Below are positions 61,504 to 64,000 of a DNA stretch of 64,000 bases, piece by piece. A program made the position numbers and the translations under genes. The stretch's first letter is position 1, and every line of letters starts with the position of its first letter. Source of the DNA: Raillietiella orientalis (taxonomy: Eukaryota); the NCBI GenBank assembly GCA_036172245.1, contig JAYWIR010000004.1, forward strand, positions 3,782,001-3,846,000, given 5' to 3'. Under the pieces are notes generated by a model. That model did no database searches. It saw nothing but the letters and a program-made list of their open reading frames with translations, and had not been told where the DNA came from.

Positions 61504-64000
61504 TCAAACCGGCTTGCGGCCGTGCAGAGGATGCGGATGAGGTCTCGAGCAGCTTGAACTTAGGGAGGAAGAGATGCTTGCTAGTGCAGCTTCCGAAAAC
61601 AGAAAGCTGTTCTTTTCCCCTGAGAGAAAAACTGGACGAGGCTTCCACGCCGCGCCAAACTTTTCCCAGAGGTCAAGTCGCTTCGGTCTGTGAGGTGATC
61701 CTGCCCTTGTCTCTCCATAGTGTAGGAAGAACCTCTGACTCATTCCAGAAACCCCTCTTTCTCTCACACTTCCTTTGCTCTCCATCTTCGATGCGTCCCT
61801 TGGAAGTTCTTTGTCCCTCAGGAACCTGTGTTCCTGTGGTGACTACCTTTTGGAGAAAGTGAGAAAGACGAGGTGGTCTTAATAGACTTGAGTTTATTCC
61901 TGCTCCCCACGTCCCTCGTCTCGTTCCCCACCTATCTGAGAGCAGTACCCTGCCTGAGCACGCGCCAGAACCATCCGGTAGCTTCGCTGGTCACTTCAGG
62001 TAGTCTTCCTCTTTCGAGCGCGGTCAAGAGCGCTACAGCAGCCTCTCTCCCCCAAGCTTTCCCCAGCTTTCCTCTCAAGAGCGTCCTACTCCTCACCTTC
62101 CAGACCCACCACCCCACTTTTAAGCTCTGAGCTCTCCTCCGATCCGAGCCCCTTCAATCCTCGTGAAGAGAGCTGCTTTTTCCGCATTTTCGCTCTCGCC
62201 GGTTGCTACGGAGAGTGGCTCGCTGGCTGCTCCTTCACCCGCCCTAGCCTTTCGTGCCGGAGGATCAGAGCAGCTATCCAAGGATGGGAACCCCCTTTTC
62301 ACTCCCACAGATGCTCCTGAATGACCTTGGGCAACTTGGAAGGGGCTCTGCTTGCGCTTCCGTGCTAGTATTTTTCCCTCCTTATCCCTTCTGTCCACAG
62401 GGAACTCTCCCTAGTCCCCGCGGGCATCTCCCAGAGGACAATCTCTCGCCCTTTCTTGACCTCTTGGGGCAGGTTCGATCTTCCTCGTCCCTTCGAGACG
62501 GGATGCTTCCCACTTCTATATCCTTGAACGCTCACAGCCGTCATCCTTTCCTACTCCAGGAGTCCCTTCCGCCCCTCCTCCCTGCTGTAAAAGGAGCGGG
62601 TGCCGCCATTCCTGCCTCACCCTTCCCCTGAAGGAAAAGATGAGACGCTTCTCCTGGTTCCTCGCTTCTTCGCCTCTGGTGGTGTTCCCCTCCACTGAAT
62701 GAACTCCGGAACGGAGAGCAAGGAAGGAGGGAAAGCACACACAGCGACAAGAAGGGGGGAGGAATAGGGAAAAGAAGGGAGAAGGAAGAGAGGGACGTTC
62801 CCCTCGGGAACCCTTATGGGGGAGCAGGTCGTTCTCGGCGTGGTTCCCAGGGAGAGGAGAGAGGCCTCTCTCCTCCTCCTTCGCCTTCCCTCCCCTAAAA
62901 GAGAGTCTCTACCCGCATCAGGCCTGAGGGACCGGGAACGGGAGGCCTCCCTTTCTCCGGGCTCTTGGTCCGCGGTCCCGGAAACGTCTCGAGGACGGGC
63001 GCCAGATAGGAAGGGGCGGAAGGGGAGACAGGGAGGCATCGATCGTCGAAAGAGCTCAGGAGGCGCGCACGGGGTCCGAGACGGAAAAGGAACGCCGGAT
63101 CTCGCAGGAAGGGGAGGGGGTAGGGGATGGAAGTCCCGGAACCGTTTCCTTTCCTAACGTGGAGCTCCGGAGCAGTGAAGGCGGCGGTGTGGCTCGGGAA
63201 AGAGCAGGAGGGTTATGGCACCCTTCGACAGAGGAAGAAAGTCCCGGATGGCAGGCGAGCGTGCCATCAGGCTACAGGAGGTCCTCGCCTCCTGCTGGAG
63301 AGCTAAAGTAGGGAATGCAAGGCCAAGAGAAGCAGTGGCAAGATCTCTTTTCTCTTCAGAGCGGGGCGGCGTCGCACCCGTCGTCAAGGAAGGGAGGCAG
63401 GGTAAGACGGGAAGACGCACTTTGCACGGATCGAAGGAGAGAGGATCATAGATGGGGGCAGGTGGAAACGAGGTTGATGAACACGGGAGGCAGGAATGCT
63501 GTGTCAAGGGACTCGCAGGGGGAGAGGAGGAAGAAAAGAAGAGATGAAGGGATCCTTCATTTGTCGCGACCCAAGGAGGGCACTTCGGTCTCGATTGAGC
63601 TCGTTCGATCGTTTTGCGGGCAGAAAAGGAAGAAGGTGAGCGTTAGAGGGGGAAACATGTCATGTATAAGACTTTTCTCCATCCCCCGTCCTGATGAGAA
63701 TGGCCTAAAGGAGGAGGATGCTACGTTCCTGATCCTTGCCTCCAGTACTCCTGGATTTCGTCCGGAGTTCTCATGGTGGATGTTAGTCTCCGTGAATGGG
63801 AACGCGGGACTAGACCGAAAGTTTCTCTCTGAGGAGATAGCTGGCCGTGTAGAGGACGCGTCTTCCTGAGGAAGCGACGCTCGGCATTCTAGGGTTCAAA
63901 GACGCTGGAAAAGATGGCGCTCCAGTCTCTTCCTAGATCCGCATCCGAGGATTGGAGGCTGCGGGAGGAGTGAAACGCAGGGGCAGAGGGGGAGGGAAGA

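Larger units (their letters stand above)
58450..64000 (-). mobile_element. Old LINE ORF2 (EN-linker-RT), decayed and split by nested inserts at 60048-61503
   Basis: EN-like remnants at 63-64 kb (FTETN, FINLV, IWRP) and WWVWK...SEATGWFWRVLRQ near 62 kb. Left of the inserts: LDG..PTEF, PTPLSLQFSNRK (RPISL.N.DYK), RAIRPGQALP (RGIRQGD.LSP), ALFDDD, KHLG and RGRSRS..LTPRK..LLG. Confidence 0.55.

Overview
Eukaryotic, repeat-dense and apparently gene-free window. The element types (L1/Tx1-like LINEs, Ty1/copia, Ty3/gypsy, MULE) suggest a plant or algal genome; this is an inference. The only near-intact coding sequence is the C-terminal part of a non-LTR retrotransposon ORF2 (RT plus zf-RVT-type CCHC, 1-1938), which carries one in-frame TGA. 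Four further LINE 3' fragments are present. All five end in AATAAA plus a 20-21 nt hairpin with no poly(A) tail. A long (about 730-910 bp) tRNA-headed SINE-like family is present in two full copies and one fragment. One copy sits inside a LINE between a perfect 10-bp target-site duplication. The rest is a mosaic of heavily decayed, frameshifted relics (MULE, copia, gypsy, DIRS-like, L1, possibly CACTA and a SET domain). These were recognised by eye from degenerate motifs, so boundaries are approximate and confidence is low to moderate. There are also several template-switch or repair scars, including a 729-bp near-identical duplication 7.8 kb apart. No rRNA, true tRNA, CRISPR array or intact host gene could be supported.
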